DNA from: Octopus vulgaris
Taxonomy: Eukaryota
Length of the DNA: 64,000 nt
Direction of reading: 5' to 3'
NCBI GenBank assembly: GCA_951406725.2
Contig: OX597818.1
Location: 8,308,001-8,372,000, forward strand
Both the position numbers and the translations under genes were made by a program. The notes under the pieces were generated by a model. That model was not told the DNA's origin. It ran no database searches and worked only from the letters and a program-made list of their open reading frames with translations. Shown piece after piece: positions 10,337-23,947 of the stretch. Each line of letters begins with the position of its first letter. Within the stretch, counting starts at the first letter, position 1.

Positions 10337-12290
10337 ATATTACACATAGCAACAGACCACTAAACAATGAAATTGACCTGCCTTTGGTCAGACTGTTGAA
10401 GGATATCCAGGTATCAAGAGGGATTCAGCATAGGGACGGATCTACGCTGTGTATCCCAATAATATTGAGTGTTATTTCTTGAGGCTCCATTTGCACACAG
10501 CCCATGGTCCAAAGTGTTTCCTAGATCTGAAGACTTTTAGTAGCCATATATGTATTCTTACAGACAGGTTTGCCCTTTCCATGGCCTCTTTGAAGATGAC
10601 AGTCACTGGAATGTGCCTCTGGATGAGGCAGTTGTTGCAGGTTCTGTATTTCAGTTGCAAAATCTCTTCGCTATTATGCTTCAAGCTTGCAATATCGCTA
10701 GCCTTCGCCGACTGTGGGAGAAGCACCAGAAATCATTCTGTGAAGAGATTGCTTGCAAATTGCAGAGACAAAACCCAAGGTCTTGAAACCTAGCTGACGG
10801 AGAACATCAGGAATGAAACTCTACTTCTTTTTGAAGACAAGGTCCTTCAGTTTGGAGGAAAACTTTTGCAGGAGTATGTCTTGCCAAATCCAATAAGAGA
10901 ATAGCAAAAAATAGACCTGGAAATTTTAAAGGAGACAGCCTATAACATCAACAATGTCAAATGAGTATGTAACAGAGAGTGAGCTTAAGCATTTGACTGA
11001 GCAATGGACAGCTTAGAATTTCATGGCTCAAGAGCAAAAGGGTGGTCTGTTCATTTTGGGTGCTCCTGTGGGCACTGGCAAAATCTTGATCAACCTCTTT
11101 TTTAGGAAAAGTTCATCTAGATTGGTTTATTTCATTGGTGGTGGCGTCTTCTGGAATCACAGCAACTCTTTTGGCATGTGGTCGAACACCTAATTCTATT
11201 TTCAAGCTTCCTTTGAATTTAGTTAGGACATAGAGTTCAATTTGCCTCATCTGTAAGACATCAGCAAAGGCTAAGGTCTTGCAGCAGATGTGCTTGATTG
11301 TCTGGGATGAATGCATCATACTTGAATATTTGAAGCTGTTGACCGCAGCCTAAGAGATTTGAGAGGAAAGAATATTCTCATGGGTGGTGTCACCACCGTA
11401 GTCTTGGCTGGTGATTGGAGACAAACACTTTCGGTGATCCAAAAAGGTACAAAGACAGATGAACGAAAGGACTGTCCCAAGCAATCCTATCTGTGGAGGT
11501 AAGTGACCGAACTGCCCCTGACATTTAATATGAGGGCCCAATTATTTGCTGATCAAACTGCTGGGCTGTTTTCATGCAAGCGCTTGAACATATGGAATGG
11601 GCAACTACATTCTGTCCACGAAATACAGCAACACAGGCTACCCTGTGGTGAGATGGTACCTACTGTCAATGATCTCAAAATGCATGTGTTTCCAAACATT
11701 GTACAAAATGTTAGCAAGTCAGTAGCTATGTGAGCCAGCCATCTTAGCTCCACGTAATGATGGTGTAGACAAATCAGGATCTGTTGCAACTGTTGCCAGA
11801 ACAAAACAGTCTTTCAAATCCATCAACACTGTCATTGATCAGGACCAATCTGTAGTGTTTCAACTGAGTTCCTGAACCCTCTATAGCCATCTGACATGCC
11901 GTCTCACAACTTAACATTAGCAAGGGGGTCCCCAATCATGCTGCTCAATAATCTGGATCCACCTCACCTCTGCCATAACACTAGACTGGTGGTGAAAGCC
12001 ATGCAACCCCCAGAAGCAGGAATTATCACTGAGAAATATAAAAGTGACGATATCTTCATTTCATTCGACAGATCCCGTTAATTCCATCTGACCTCCCGTT
12101 TTGATTTAAACGGTTCCAGTTCCCCGTAAAACTACGTTTTCCTATGTAGATATAGAAATCGCAAGAACAATCTCTCAAGTTTTTGGACTTAACCTTGCTT
12201 CTCCTTACTTCTCTCATGTGCAATTATATGTAGAATATTCGCGCGTTGGAAGGCCCAAAACTCTTTTTATTTAAACCTCAAATTAAATGA
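10337..12290 (+). pseudogene. Helitron RepHel C-terminal part with PIF1-family helicase (many stops and frameshifts)
   Basis: ECYFLRLHLH..GP..F.DLKT; Walker A GAPVGTGK; VASSGITATL; GRTPNSIFKLP; LIVWDEC; LAGDWRQTL; PSHNLTLARGSPIMLLNNLDPPHLCHNTRL; RFQFPVKL; KSQEQSL; FSHVQLYV..SRV. Confidence 0.93.
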
Positions 12291-12435
12291 CACACTGAAA
12301 ACATTGTAAGTTCTACAAAATTAAGCTGTGATTTGTTTTGATAACATTGCTTATACTCACGTCATTTGATAGAATTTCTCTAAAAATATATTTCTATCAA
12401 AATAAATATGTTTATTTCCTTTAACATTCTTTAAA

Positions 12436-12465
12436 CCTCCGAGAAACGCCGGGTACGTAGACTAG
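12436..12465 (+). mobile_element. Helitron 3' terminus (GC hairpin + CTAG|T)
   Basis: CTCCGAGAAACGCCGGG, then 8 nt, then CTAG (12462-12465) followed by T. Confidence 0.85.
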
Positions 12466-12533
12466 TATATATGTGTGTGCATGTGTGCGCGCGTATGTGC
12501 GTGTGTGTAAGCATGTAAGTATGTATACGTAAG

Positions 12534-12572
<39 letters not shown>

Positions 12573-13627
12573 AGGTATTCTAATATATACACACGTGCGT
12601 CAATGAATGTACGCGTGCTTGTTTCAACTACAATTACATGTGTACAATTAATAAATCAACTTCTTCACTCATTATGTCGATAGACCCTGACTTTTTAATA
12701 AATGGCTGAATCTAATTTGTACTTTGTACTACAGAATAAGAGTAGCTCACACAACCACTGTCTAGTATTGCGAAATATGCATTGTTTTATCACGGCCCTG
12801 CTGGAAAATATGGAATATCCACTACAGAGTTCGTGGGAATATATTTTATGGATATTTCATGGTTTATATCTCATAAATAGATATAAAGATTGCTCTAAAA
12901 TTTGACTTAGAAACGCTCTGTCTCTCACATGCCCTATCTTTCTTCGGATAAACACAAGATCGAATCATATTCACACTTCAATTGTCTGCGCATTAACAGA
13001 TCATTATCTCTTGTACTTGGGAATTCAGTAGCATTCAGCTGAATTTGGAATGCTATGTTTGAAGTAAAATTTAAAAGAAGTAATTTGTATGGAAACAAAC
13101 AGTAGTATGTATACCTTAAATTGAATACACATGCGAATATTTGTTTGTTTACCAATATCAAATTGAAACGTTTAATTGAATTTCTTTTCACTGAAACACA
13201 AATAATTGACGATTTGATATATAAACTGTGAACCAGTTACAATAAATGAACAATTTTAGAGTGAGTAAAATGCAGACGTATTGCATGTATGTATATTAAC
13301 ACCCCCACACACACACACACTTGAGTACAGTTTTAAACGAGCGTTTTTCTGCAACTATTAAACATCATCTTAGTTTACTAATGACTTTCACTTAGTCTTC
13401 TTTCGTCTTCCGTTTCACACGAATTTTCCGTCTCGTACTATTTCCTGTCTATGTATGAAGCCCCTGTTCTCTTGATTCAGTTGCACCAACCTCAAATACT
13501 GAGTAGAGAAAAGCTTCAATCATTTTGTTTAATTTTCTCCTTGTCCAATTCTCTCGTAAATGAAATTTGCCCGTAGGGCTTGATTATATTACTAACTTCA
13601 GTAATTTCACTCTCTCCATTCTGTAGA

Positions 13628-13667
13628 TTCTCTCTCACTCTCTCTTTCTCTCTCACACACACCCATT

Positions 13668-13755
<88 letters not shown>
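13628..13755. repeat. Compound (CT)n/(TA)n/(TG)n microsatellite
   Basis: Seen directly. Confidence 0.95.
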
Positions 13756-13756
<1 letters not shown>

Positions 13757-13915
13757 TGTTTGTCCGCACCAACATCGCTTGACAACCTATGCTGGTATGA
13801 GACCAATAGAATAAGTACTAGGCTTATAAAGAATATCCTGGGGTCGATTTTCTCGACTAAAATCGGTGCTGCAGCATAGCCACAGTCACATGACTGAAAC
13901 AAGTAAAAGAGGAAT
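13756..13915 (+). mobile_element. 3' fragment of the SINE family at 24891-25290
   Basis: AGAATAAGTACTAGGCTTA...CTGGGGTCGA...CAGTCACATGACTGAAACAAGTAAAAGAG matches the reverse complement of 24900-25010. Confidence 0.85.
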
Positions 13916-15740
13916 AGAGTACCCAAATGATCTCGAAGCTGTGTTATGATTTGTCTGTAGAGAGAACGCGGTACACTACTTGAGTTTTAGAATATTAATG
14001 CCTTTTACGAAATCAGTTTTATTTTTTCTCGCTCACTTGTCACTACATGATCAGTTGCTAGCGTACTATAAATAACTTAAAACCTTTTTTAAAGAAATGA
14101 ATGAGATATAACAGAAGAAAATGTCCGGATGTATAGACTAGTATTAGTGATCTTCTTCAAAGATAAGCTGGAGCAGATTCTTTTATGAATACTATAAAGA
14201 ATAAGGTATACACAATTGCACTTAAATCCATTTTGTACAGATGCGTATAACCAATTGGGAGTTCTAAGGTGTATGCAATTGTCTTAATATGGAAATACCG
14301 TAAACTGATATTACAATATACTATGCCATTGTCTGCAAGTTGAGCTTCTGTTATATATTGATTATGCATCAATGGACAATAACCGAAGATCTAAAATAAT
14401 TTTCTCGTTTTGAAGTCAATAGTAGACATGGTGAACTGAATACTGAGATGGAAAAACTTGACACCTTTAATCTCAAAGCCGGAAAATATTAAAAGCATTT
14501 ATTTTGACTTAGACACACAAACAAAGTTTATAGAAATAACTTTATTGCGTGCAGTGATATACATATTAAACATTGAATGTATGTATGTAAATGCATATTA
14601 TTTAATAGGAAAATATTTATTCACCCTTTCGTGGATAGCGACGTTTGGATAGCAAGTTTTCTTCACTTCATTAGAATTTAAAATATTCAAATAAATACAC
14701 GGTTACAAAATATCCGGCAGACAAAAGAAAACCACCAGAAAATATTAAGATAATAGTATATAATAAGAAATATTTTTCTTGAAAATATTACAAATATGAT
14801 GTGTTTATGTAGGCTTGGTGGCGGGCAATGAGTGAAGGAGACGGAATTATAGGAACTGAGAAGAGTGATAATGAGGAAGAAGAGCTTCTCATATATATGT
14901 ATGCATGTGTGACAAGAAATATGTGAAATGATGTATACAACAGAATAACGATTTAAAAATTTAATTAGCTCATGCACATATGAGTAACGTGTCCACACCT
15001 CGTTTATATATTATTGGGAACAATATATTTTTACTATATTGCAACGTTCGTGTTTAGAATGTAAAAAAATTTGGAAAAAATTAGTTATTCACCGCTTTCA
15101 TTTTATATTAAAGAACACTTCATTTAATAATCGTTATTATAAGCACAACAGTTTGAATCGAAAGAGCTGAATGAAATTTAAATATTAGAAGGTATCATCT
15201 GCAATAAGAAAGCGTGAGTATATAGACCATTCTTCCTTATATTCAATGTGTGAAAAAAATGAATGTTGAGATTACAGACGCATCATTTCAGTTTGTTAAC
15301 CACTACACAAAGTAGACCAGATTTCCTTCCCCATTTAAAGTTATAGAATATTCAACTGCAAGCAAAACAGAAACGGAATTATTACCGTGGTTGATTTACT
15401 ACACTATCGCTTATCAATCGGAGTCAACTCTGGTCTTTCACTAGTAAAGACAGTATTACTTAATGTAGTCTAGTGATTAATTTCTAATACATTGTGCTTC
15501 TGTAACTCTCAACATCGAGAAATAGTGAAGAGGCGTCTGGAGACTGGATATACTGGAAAATAAAATTATATAAGTTAATAAAATTATCTGTCATATGCAA
15601 ATCCACAAGCGAAAGAAGATATCGGCATAGAAATGCAATCTGTTATTTGCAAGTGGTAATTTGCGTCAAACTTCAAACAATATATAAAAACGTGTAATGT
15701 ACCATTAAATGGGATAGGTACATGGTACTGGACAGTTGTA

Positions 15741-15934
15741 CAGTAACCCTCGCCATATCGCAGTTCACCTATCGCGCACGAAGTACATCGTAGATTTTTC
15801 TAGCTAATATATTTAAATTTATATCGCAGACTACTCAGCATAACACGAGTTTCTGCGACTGATAGATATTTATATTTTTCACCTATCACGGGAGGTTTTG
15901 GAACGTAACACCCGCGATAATCGAGGGATTACTG
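15741..15934. mobile_element. pogo/Tigger-type MITE
   Basis: TA|CAGTAACCCTCG ... CGAGGGATTACTG|TA: TIRs beginning CAGT and a TA TSD. Confidence 0.88.
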
Positions 15935-17081
15935 TAGTCGTTAAAGGCATACAAGTGTAGAAGTTATGCCGACACAGGAGACTAGAAGAATATAAAATAG
16001 CAAAAGTGATGCTAACTCAATGCGTAATTAGCAAAGAACGGAAAATATTCCCAGTGTTGAGCAACATGAGATTTAGAAGCGTGAAGCGTTTAGAATTCGG
16101 AAATAGTGTTTTGCTATGTATGAGAAATTATGAAAATGCAATTTCACTGGCTAATGTGGTCAAAACAGTGGTGTTAAAATAATCACTGAATTGCATATTA
16201 AACGCGATCAAAATGTGGGAAAGGGCAACACACCTAGTAGTACAGAAAGAATGTTAAACAATTTTGACCATATTTTCTTCAAAGTATTATAGATAATATG
16301 AAAGCAGATAAAACAGAACGCCACAAGGAATATTCGACAGTCTGATGAAAACGGAAACAAACTTATCACGTATAGTCAATCATGTTTTAGTTTAGCCCGA
16401 GAGTAGCCAGATAGATTGGGCATATCATTGAAGCTATTGCAGCCCTCGATTATGTTGTTTAGAGAAATATTTTCTAGTCTGTTCTGTAGTTCACTAAATA
16501 TAATATAAAAGACTATACCTGAGGGAATTTACTATTTCGAAATAATTTGCACTGCTTTATTGCTTTCAAATGTAGATACTCCCAATGTTTCATCTTGCAA
16601 AATTATTGCTATGAATGCAAAACTACAAAGTAACTGTAGGTTTATCAATCTGACTGACCAAGAGTTAATAACATAGATAACTTAGAGAAGAGCTGAGTCA
16701 GATGAGATACATTTTTGTTTTATATCAGCACAGAAAAGAAAGATAACATCTAATGAATGGCACAAGAAGTTGTTAGGTAATGCAAATCATTTTATCTTAT
16801 CTCACCGACGTTGAGCACCCCATCGTTAGGATAACATGTTCCCTGTTTTGGTCGTCCCTCAGAAAATGGGCATCTATATATATCGATTTTGAGAAGTATG
16901 ACAGCCAGGAAGAATTAAAATGTTAACAGAGAACAGAAAAAAAGTGAGAGCAAGCAGTATATTAATGCAGGATGTTAGTGTGTAGGAAAGTGCCAACGAT
17001 AGCTTGGTTATCAACAACCTCTAATATGCTTGAACAAATATTAAAAGGCACCGAAAACATCTTGGTCTATTAGCCGATTAA

Positions 17082-17082
17082 C

Positions 17083-17127
<45 letters not shown>

Positions 17128-17202
17128 ATCTGTGTGTCTGTGTCTGTGTATGTGTGTGTGTGTGTGCGTGTTTGTATGTATGTATGTATGTATGTATGTA
17201 TG

Positions 17203-17241
<39 letters not shown>
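17082..17241. repeat. Compound (TA)n/(TG)n/(TATG)n microsatellite
   Basis: Seen directly. Confidence 0.95.
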
Positions 17242-17243
<2 letters not shown>

Positions 17244-18024
17244 TAAGCTAGCAAACATAGGAATTTTTAAATTTTGGGAAAGCATATACTGGAATTTAAT
17301 TATGATCACTGAACTTGTGTAGGAATTCTATACTCTATGAATAATCTAAATTATGCGTGTACCAATGATGTTGTAAGATCTCAGGTAGTTCGACAGACGA
17401 AAAAACTGTCATATTTAAGATATGTAGTGTAACAGCTATAAGGAAGAAGCCAAACAATGAATACTTTTCAATAACGGAACCTGTAAATTGCAAATTTGTT
17501 ACCTAGATGATAGATGTGTCCTGCGACAAGGTGAAAAAACCTCAGGTTACTATAATTCAGTAGGCATATAAATTGCTTCCTTCTTTGCATAAACACTACA
17601 CTGAATTATCCTTATGTGATAATTACATTGTTGTAGAATTGCTAAACATAGACACTGGATAGAATTTCAATAAAATGTGGCGTGAATGCTGCTTTCTATG
17701 TGTATTCGAAAGGGTGTGAGAAAATGAAATACAGATCAGTTGAGAAACAGGATATCTTACGAGAAACGGGTGATGTCGAGAGATGATACTACAGGTATTG
17801 AAATATATAAAGTAATTCAGATGAAGGTGTGTGCAAAGCTATCAAACTACAAACAGCACATGCAGGAAAAAAACGATGAAATCTTACACAAAATGGTGGT
17901 CACCAAATTGACATTATGTATATCATTGCATTTTTCGTTGTATTTTATCTTAATTAGCCTTTTAGAAAACGATGCACGAATAAATAACGCCGTTAAGCTC
18001 CACACCGACAACCCCGACGCACAA

Positions 18025-18065
<41 letters not shown>

Positions 18066-19847
18066 TACAATCTATATATATTTGTTTGAATGTGTGTACG
18101 CGCACGCGCGTATGTTTGTATATACATAATTCACATATATGTTTAAACACATATACCAGAACACATAATTATATATAGCAGATGTATTGAGCATATGTAG
18201 AGAATTCACAGGAGATTTTCTATCAGATAACTGTATGACTCACGCACACAATAAACACAATTAAATATGGCCGCCATACTAATGAGAACACATATTAATA
18301 AAATATGAACAGATTTCCTAGTGGCGCAGTTAATTTGGAATCATTTTGAATAAATAATAATGAAATCTGAACTAACACACAATCTTTAATTTGATTTTCG
18401 GAAAATTATTCTGACAACTTTTAAATTATATATCATTTTCAAGTATAAAGCTCATGCTTATCCGTTCTTCTTTCTCTTTATTTGAAAAAAATTACACGAT
18501 CTGTCTCTTCGTGTTTCTTTTTCATATATTGCTTTTTTTTATCCTTCCAATTAAAGGATAAATTAAATAGCTAAAGATCGAAGTAAACGAGCACTGTGAT
18601 TTGATGTTTAATAAAAAGTTTCATCGTTTGTTTATCAGAGGTTCATTTATAATTTTTTCGTGTTTTTCTTTTAATAATCTGTTCAATTTTTTCGTCAAAT
18701 TTAATTATCTTCCGTTGAAAATTAGACGTATCAATGAAAAATATTCATAGATTGATTGCTCCTGAATTAGTTTCTCTCTTTTATCTGACCAACTGGCATT
18801 AACTCTGAATAATGCTCAGAAGATTTGTAAGGAAAAGAGTATTATTTTATTTCTACTTACATGCATAATTGTATTGTTACTTATATTTGTGAAATATAAC
18901 TCTTCATACTTCATTAACAAGATAAATAACTTGTCTTGACTTGTTATTGATTTCTTCCAGTGCATCTCCTTCCACATTCCAGTTATAGTCATGATTTACT
19001 TAAACGCACACAAAACAACAAATCAGAAAACCTGCTTCTTAAAATCTCAACCATTTCTTTTTACCTCACTACCAAATTCACACTTAAATGCTGGCACAAG
19101 CACAAAAACAAGCAGTAATTAGGTAAAGAATTCTTTCGAAATCTCTCTCTCTCTCTCTCTCTTTCTTTTTCTCTCTCACCCTATTTCTGACCCTCTCTCT
19201 CTCTCTCTCCAAATATCCATTTCTGTTTTATGTTTCTTACACTGGTATTACATTACAGATGTTCTCATTTGGTCTCATTTGTTTCCTCTACCTGAATCTC
19301 ATAGTCCTCACTCTTTTCTCTCCTCTTAATCTTTCTTAAACAAACACATCCTGCATATATGCATTCTCGAAGAAATTGTATACATGCTAAGAAACACTGA
19401 CAGAGACTTTATACAAACAAGATTTCTTACGTAGTGGGACGAGGATATACATAAACATTAGCAGAGAGAAAATCAAAATCACGAACACACGCAAAGAGAA
19501 AAATAGGAAAATATAAAATATACAAAGCCCAAGGTTGAGATCAATATCCATTAGAATTTAATTACACATTTGTTTAAAAGAAAAGGAGGGCCACAATTTT
19601 TAATCAAAATAATGAAGATGGTAATTATTTTAATAACATATGCATTTTCTATTTTTGAGGTTTATTGCTAGCGCATTATGGAAATAGGTGTGTAGAATAT
19701 ATTTCGTCTGCGTTGATGTAACACTCATTTAATATATATACATATTGACGCACAAAAACCAGTATAGAATATCATATACACATTGATATTCACATACACA
19801 TGTATGTGTATATAGATAAATAGATCGAGGTAGTGAGAGAGAGAGAG

Positions 19848-19883
<36 letters not shown>

Positions 19884-22800
19884 GGCGAGAGACAAAAACA
19901 AATCGAACAAAATAATAACAAAGTAATTAACTTATACTTATTTCATCGACCACGAAATGTTGAAAGGCAAAGTCTAATTGAGATAAACAAACAGAGAAGT
20001 AAAGAGAATATGAAGACATAGAAAGGAAATACGGTACTGGAAGAGCGTAGGATCACGAAGAGATACAATAGTAATGTACAATGAAGGTGAGATCGCCAAT
20101 GAAAAAGATATAGAAACTATTCTAAAGTTTCTGGTTATAATTTATGAAAGAAAGAAAAAAGTTATAACAACAACAATCATAATAATAAGTTCCAAATTTG
20201 TGATGTATGTTTGCAGGTCTTGTGTCATGTAACATGGAAGTCGGGGAGCGCGATAGAAAGAGTGACAGTGAAGATATAGACTAGTTAAGGTGAAAGTAGA
20301 AAAAACAAATGTGTAAAAATAAGACAAAAATAAATTTTGAGAGACAGAGGGGAAAAATGGAAGATGAGCGGATAGCAAAGGACAGAATTGTAAACAAAGT
20401 TACAGAAATACGTTAAACGAGAATTGGTGTGGTGGCTAAAGGGATATGTATGTGTTCGCGTGTGTGTATATTGAACCCATTATGAGTGTTCCCTACCATC
20501 TGCTATTTCCATCCTAATGACGGAGATATCAGGAATAAAATTATTCTCATTCGCAAAACTTATCTGGTTTAATCATCAACTCGAGTGGAGTAGGTGTGAC
20601 GTTGAACGAAGACATTTGTGGTTGTCCTGAAGATATACCATTTTGCCAAAAAATTAGAGAAGGTAACATTCTCTGAGATTCCTGACAAATTTCGACCACA
20701 CTTTCTCACAGCGAGGAAATACCTGCAGCTTGCTTATTGTCAATCCCTGTTAATACAATATCAGCCAAAACGCTCAAGCAACGAAAACACAAATGTACAA
20801 GTGGAATTAAAACTAAAGTTAATTACCATATATATAATTCAGCTGATGTTACTATTCTTCATTTCTACCTATCATTTCAGAGATAGATTTCTATCACCTC
20901 ATTTCTCGTTGCGACTGTACACACTTTTCATAAACTCACTGCAGCACCTATCATACTGATTTTGTTGATTCTTCGATAAACAAAATCCTTTAGAAAAGGT
21001 TACCGCTGTCCATGAAATAGTTCATTTTCCTAAAAGTAATGTGTCACATGTACATTTAGGCGTTTAAATAATATTATGTAAATTTTTATTTAGGCAAATA
21101 GCGCTACATTAGGTATTATTTTATGTCTGATGGATACTTGTTTTGAGAAGTACATTACTCAAATACTAAATTCTGCTTGAAATAAACCGTGAAATTCTTT
21201 GTTTTGTTTGAACATATATGCGTATGCTGGCGCTTAGTAGAATGACATTAGGAACACAGCCGGAACGATTGAGTTATAAAGCAACAATCTTAAGTATACA
21301 TGAATGCCAGTGCCATATTATCGACTATCTTGTCTCTTATACTTCACTTGTGTCTGAAACGTGATGCTGAGGTATTGTACTAGTGACAGAAAATTGTGTT
21401 AATGGGAAATTGAGAGATACCTCTGGAAATTATTTCTTGAGTGTTCACAGTGAAGTAACTGTGTTTGAAGACTCTCCATCATTTGCTGAGCTGGAAAACG
21501 GTGAAAGTAAATGCAGAAACAATAAATATGATGCACGTTTTAGAAATGTAATATGGGAAATTTTGATGAACAAGGCTTGTGAGATATGCTCCAGCGGATA
21601 AGCAATGTGTTTCTAAATCATAAACTAGACCAGTGAAGCTAAATTCTCCTGCAGCAATATTTTCATGGTCAGATATCAATTCTTCCAAGCTGTAAAATCA
21701 CTCTAACATGAAATGTGATTAATAATACTTGCAACATGCTATCAGAATAAGGCAAGTATATTAATTCATATCGTTGTGTAAGGATACCAAACCATCGCAT
21801 CCTACACTACATCATATCATGGAGCACCCTGCTTGTGCTTGCACCGGAGTTTAATCTGCCAGTGTTTTATTTCAGGGCATTAATCAATTCATTGTTCAAC
21901 ATTCCACTTAAATAGCTGCCTAGAAATTGGAAATTATTAATTGTTGACAGGGAAATAAATGACACTTTCTGTAATTGTAACCAAGTAGACCGAATGACGA
22001 AATTTTCAGTGAAATAGCTAAACGTAACACATAGATTTATTTTCAGTTTTCATCTGCCTAAACAATTTTGCACACTCCTGCATATATTCGGTGCACTGTG
22101 GGGATGCTGATCTCTCTCCATTTTTAATAACAAGTGTTCTGTTCAAAGTATGTAACTCCTACAGATTCAAGAATGAAACTAAGTTTGAGTGACATATATT
22201 ATTCTTCCCACCATGACTCTTACCGTTGGCTTTGGGTGGGTCTAATATTTCTTTCTGTAATATTAGTATATTAATGTTACTTTTAGTCAACATATTGTAA
22301 TTGATTCCCCTAGTATAATATAGTAGGTATTTTATCTGATGAAAATGTCCTAAACCAATAAAGAATTAAGATATTACTCTGTCAACGAGAAAACAGAAAT
22401 TGTTTCATTTCACAACAAAACATAATCAATATTATCGGTCTGAGTGTATAACTGTCTTCATGCTAATTTTCTGATTATTTTCCCCTCCACTGCAATTCCA
22501 CAAAAAGTCGTTTCTGTTTTTTTCATTCCTCCGAATAAAGAAGTGCAAAAAGGTTGAACTATCACCATCTGAATGTGTAGTCATTTAGCTTTATGTCAAC
22601 CATGCTTGACGCGACTTTGATACAATATATAAAACTCTTAACCATCCTGGTTTAGTCAAGTTTTATCATAGTGCACCCTAATCGACGTAAGATACACAAT
22701 ACGTCCTCTGTTAAACACACCATCATCGATATAGATGTTAAGTTAAATTCTCTAAAAATTATTTGTGACATAAGAAATTCAAAAGTTGTTTCTTGAGTAT

Positions 22801-23947
22801 GAGCTGGGCATAACTTGCGGTTATCGATTAATGAATTGTGAGTGTGATATACCTGACCTCAGTTAAATTTATTTCGCCATACAATAATTAATTTGAAAGA
22901 TAAAGAACTACGCAGACATTGAAAATATATCTCTTTTAAAGAAATGACTACTGCGCTAACCTTCTTTACTGAGTAAACTTTCGGCTATTACGGTAGAATT
23001 TCCTGGGTGTCAATTGGACTTCAATGTTTGCTCTCTGTCTCTTTAATAACAATCGATTTGCCTAGAATTGTCTTTCAAATGACATTGTATGTTATATCTG
23101 TACGTACAAAATCCTCTTATTTTAAATCGTCTTAAGCTAAGTTTATTCCATGGAAAATGGAATAGAATATTCAAAGAAATTATAATGGAGCTAAGTGTCT
23201 GACTTTGTAAAGCGCGATCTGGTAACAGTAAGAGTAACAATAAAAGTAGTTTAGTAGCCGACTACTGTGAAGCCATTAACAAATACAGCTAATTAGCCGC
23301 TTAGCCGCAGTGTTATTTGGACGGCTTAGTTTTCTAAATATCGTATTACAAGATATTCTGTATAATCGATTTACGTAGCACAAGAACTGCGTTGCGTTGT
23401 ATTCCAATTATAGTATTTACCTCTTTTGCGACAGACGTTCAAATGCTCTGTCTTTAAACCTCTTACTTTCGGTTACGTATAATCTTATTCGCTAAACTGA
23501 GTTTCAAGGTACGTATGCTTATTTATTGGCGGCGCCGGATAAGGAAACACCAGAAAGAAATATAAATATTTAGAATTTTCTCATAAAACAATGGCACTGA
23601 ATAACGCGCAATATAAGTTGTTAAATATTCTCTGCATTGTAGTTTATCAAATTAATCACGAAGAATTATGTGCTAACCTTTCATCTTACCCTAGATAAAA
23701 TATAGTATTTTTCTTGTGTCGACTAATGGGCAATTGTTATCAGGTATGGCGCCCACTTAGAATTCTGAAACAATTAGACTTACAGTTATTGTTCAATATT
23801 TCCGTTCACACAGAAAGTTCTAAACAAACAAAGAAAAAATATAGAGCATCGACTTAAACGAATCCGTCAGACCTAAACCAAACGTGTCATTTATCGCCAG
23901 ATCCCTTGATTTGGGGACTATTTTTCATTAAATGTTTTGGTTATATC

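Noticed and set aside
10337-12290. Host PIF1 helicase gene
   Set aside because: Intronless and riddled with stops, has the Helitron-specific upstream motif, and is followed by a hairpin-CTAG end.
16806-16875. Possible minus-strand exon (TAG|ATGCCC...GTCG|GTGAGA)
   Set aside because: Weak acceptor, no recognisable peptide and no partner exons. Needs RNA-seq.
18961-19122. Possible plus-strand exon (TTCTTCCAG|...|GTAAAG)
   Set aside because: The open frame ends in a stop at the donor and resembles no protein I know.
21383-21688. Short overlapping ORFs in unique-looking sequence
   Set aside because: No motif or splice support.
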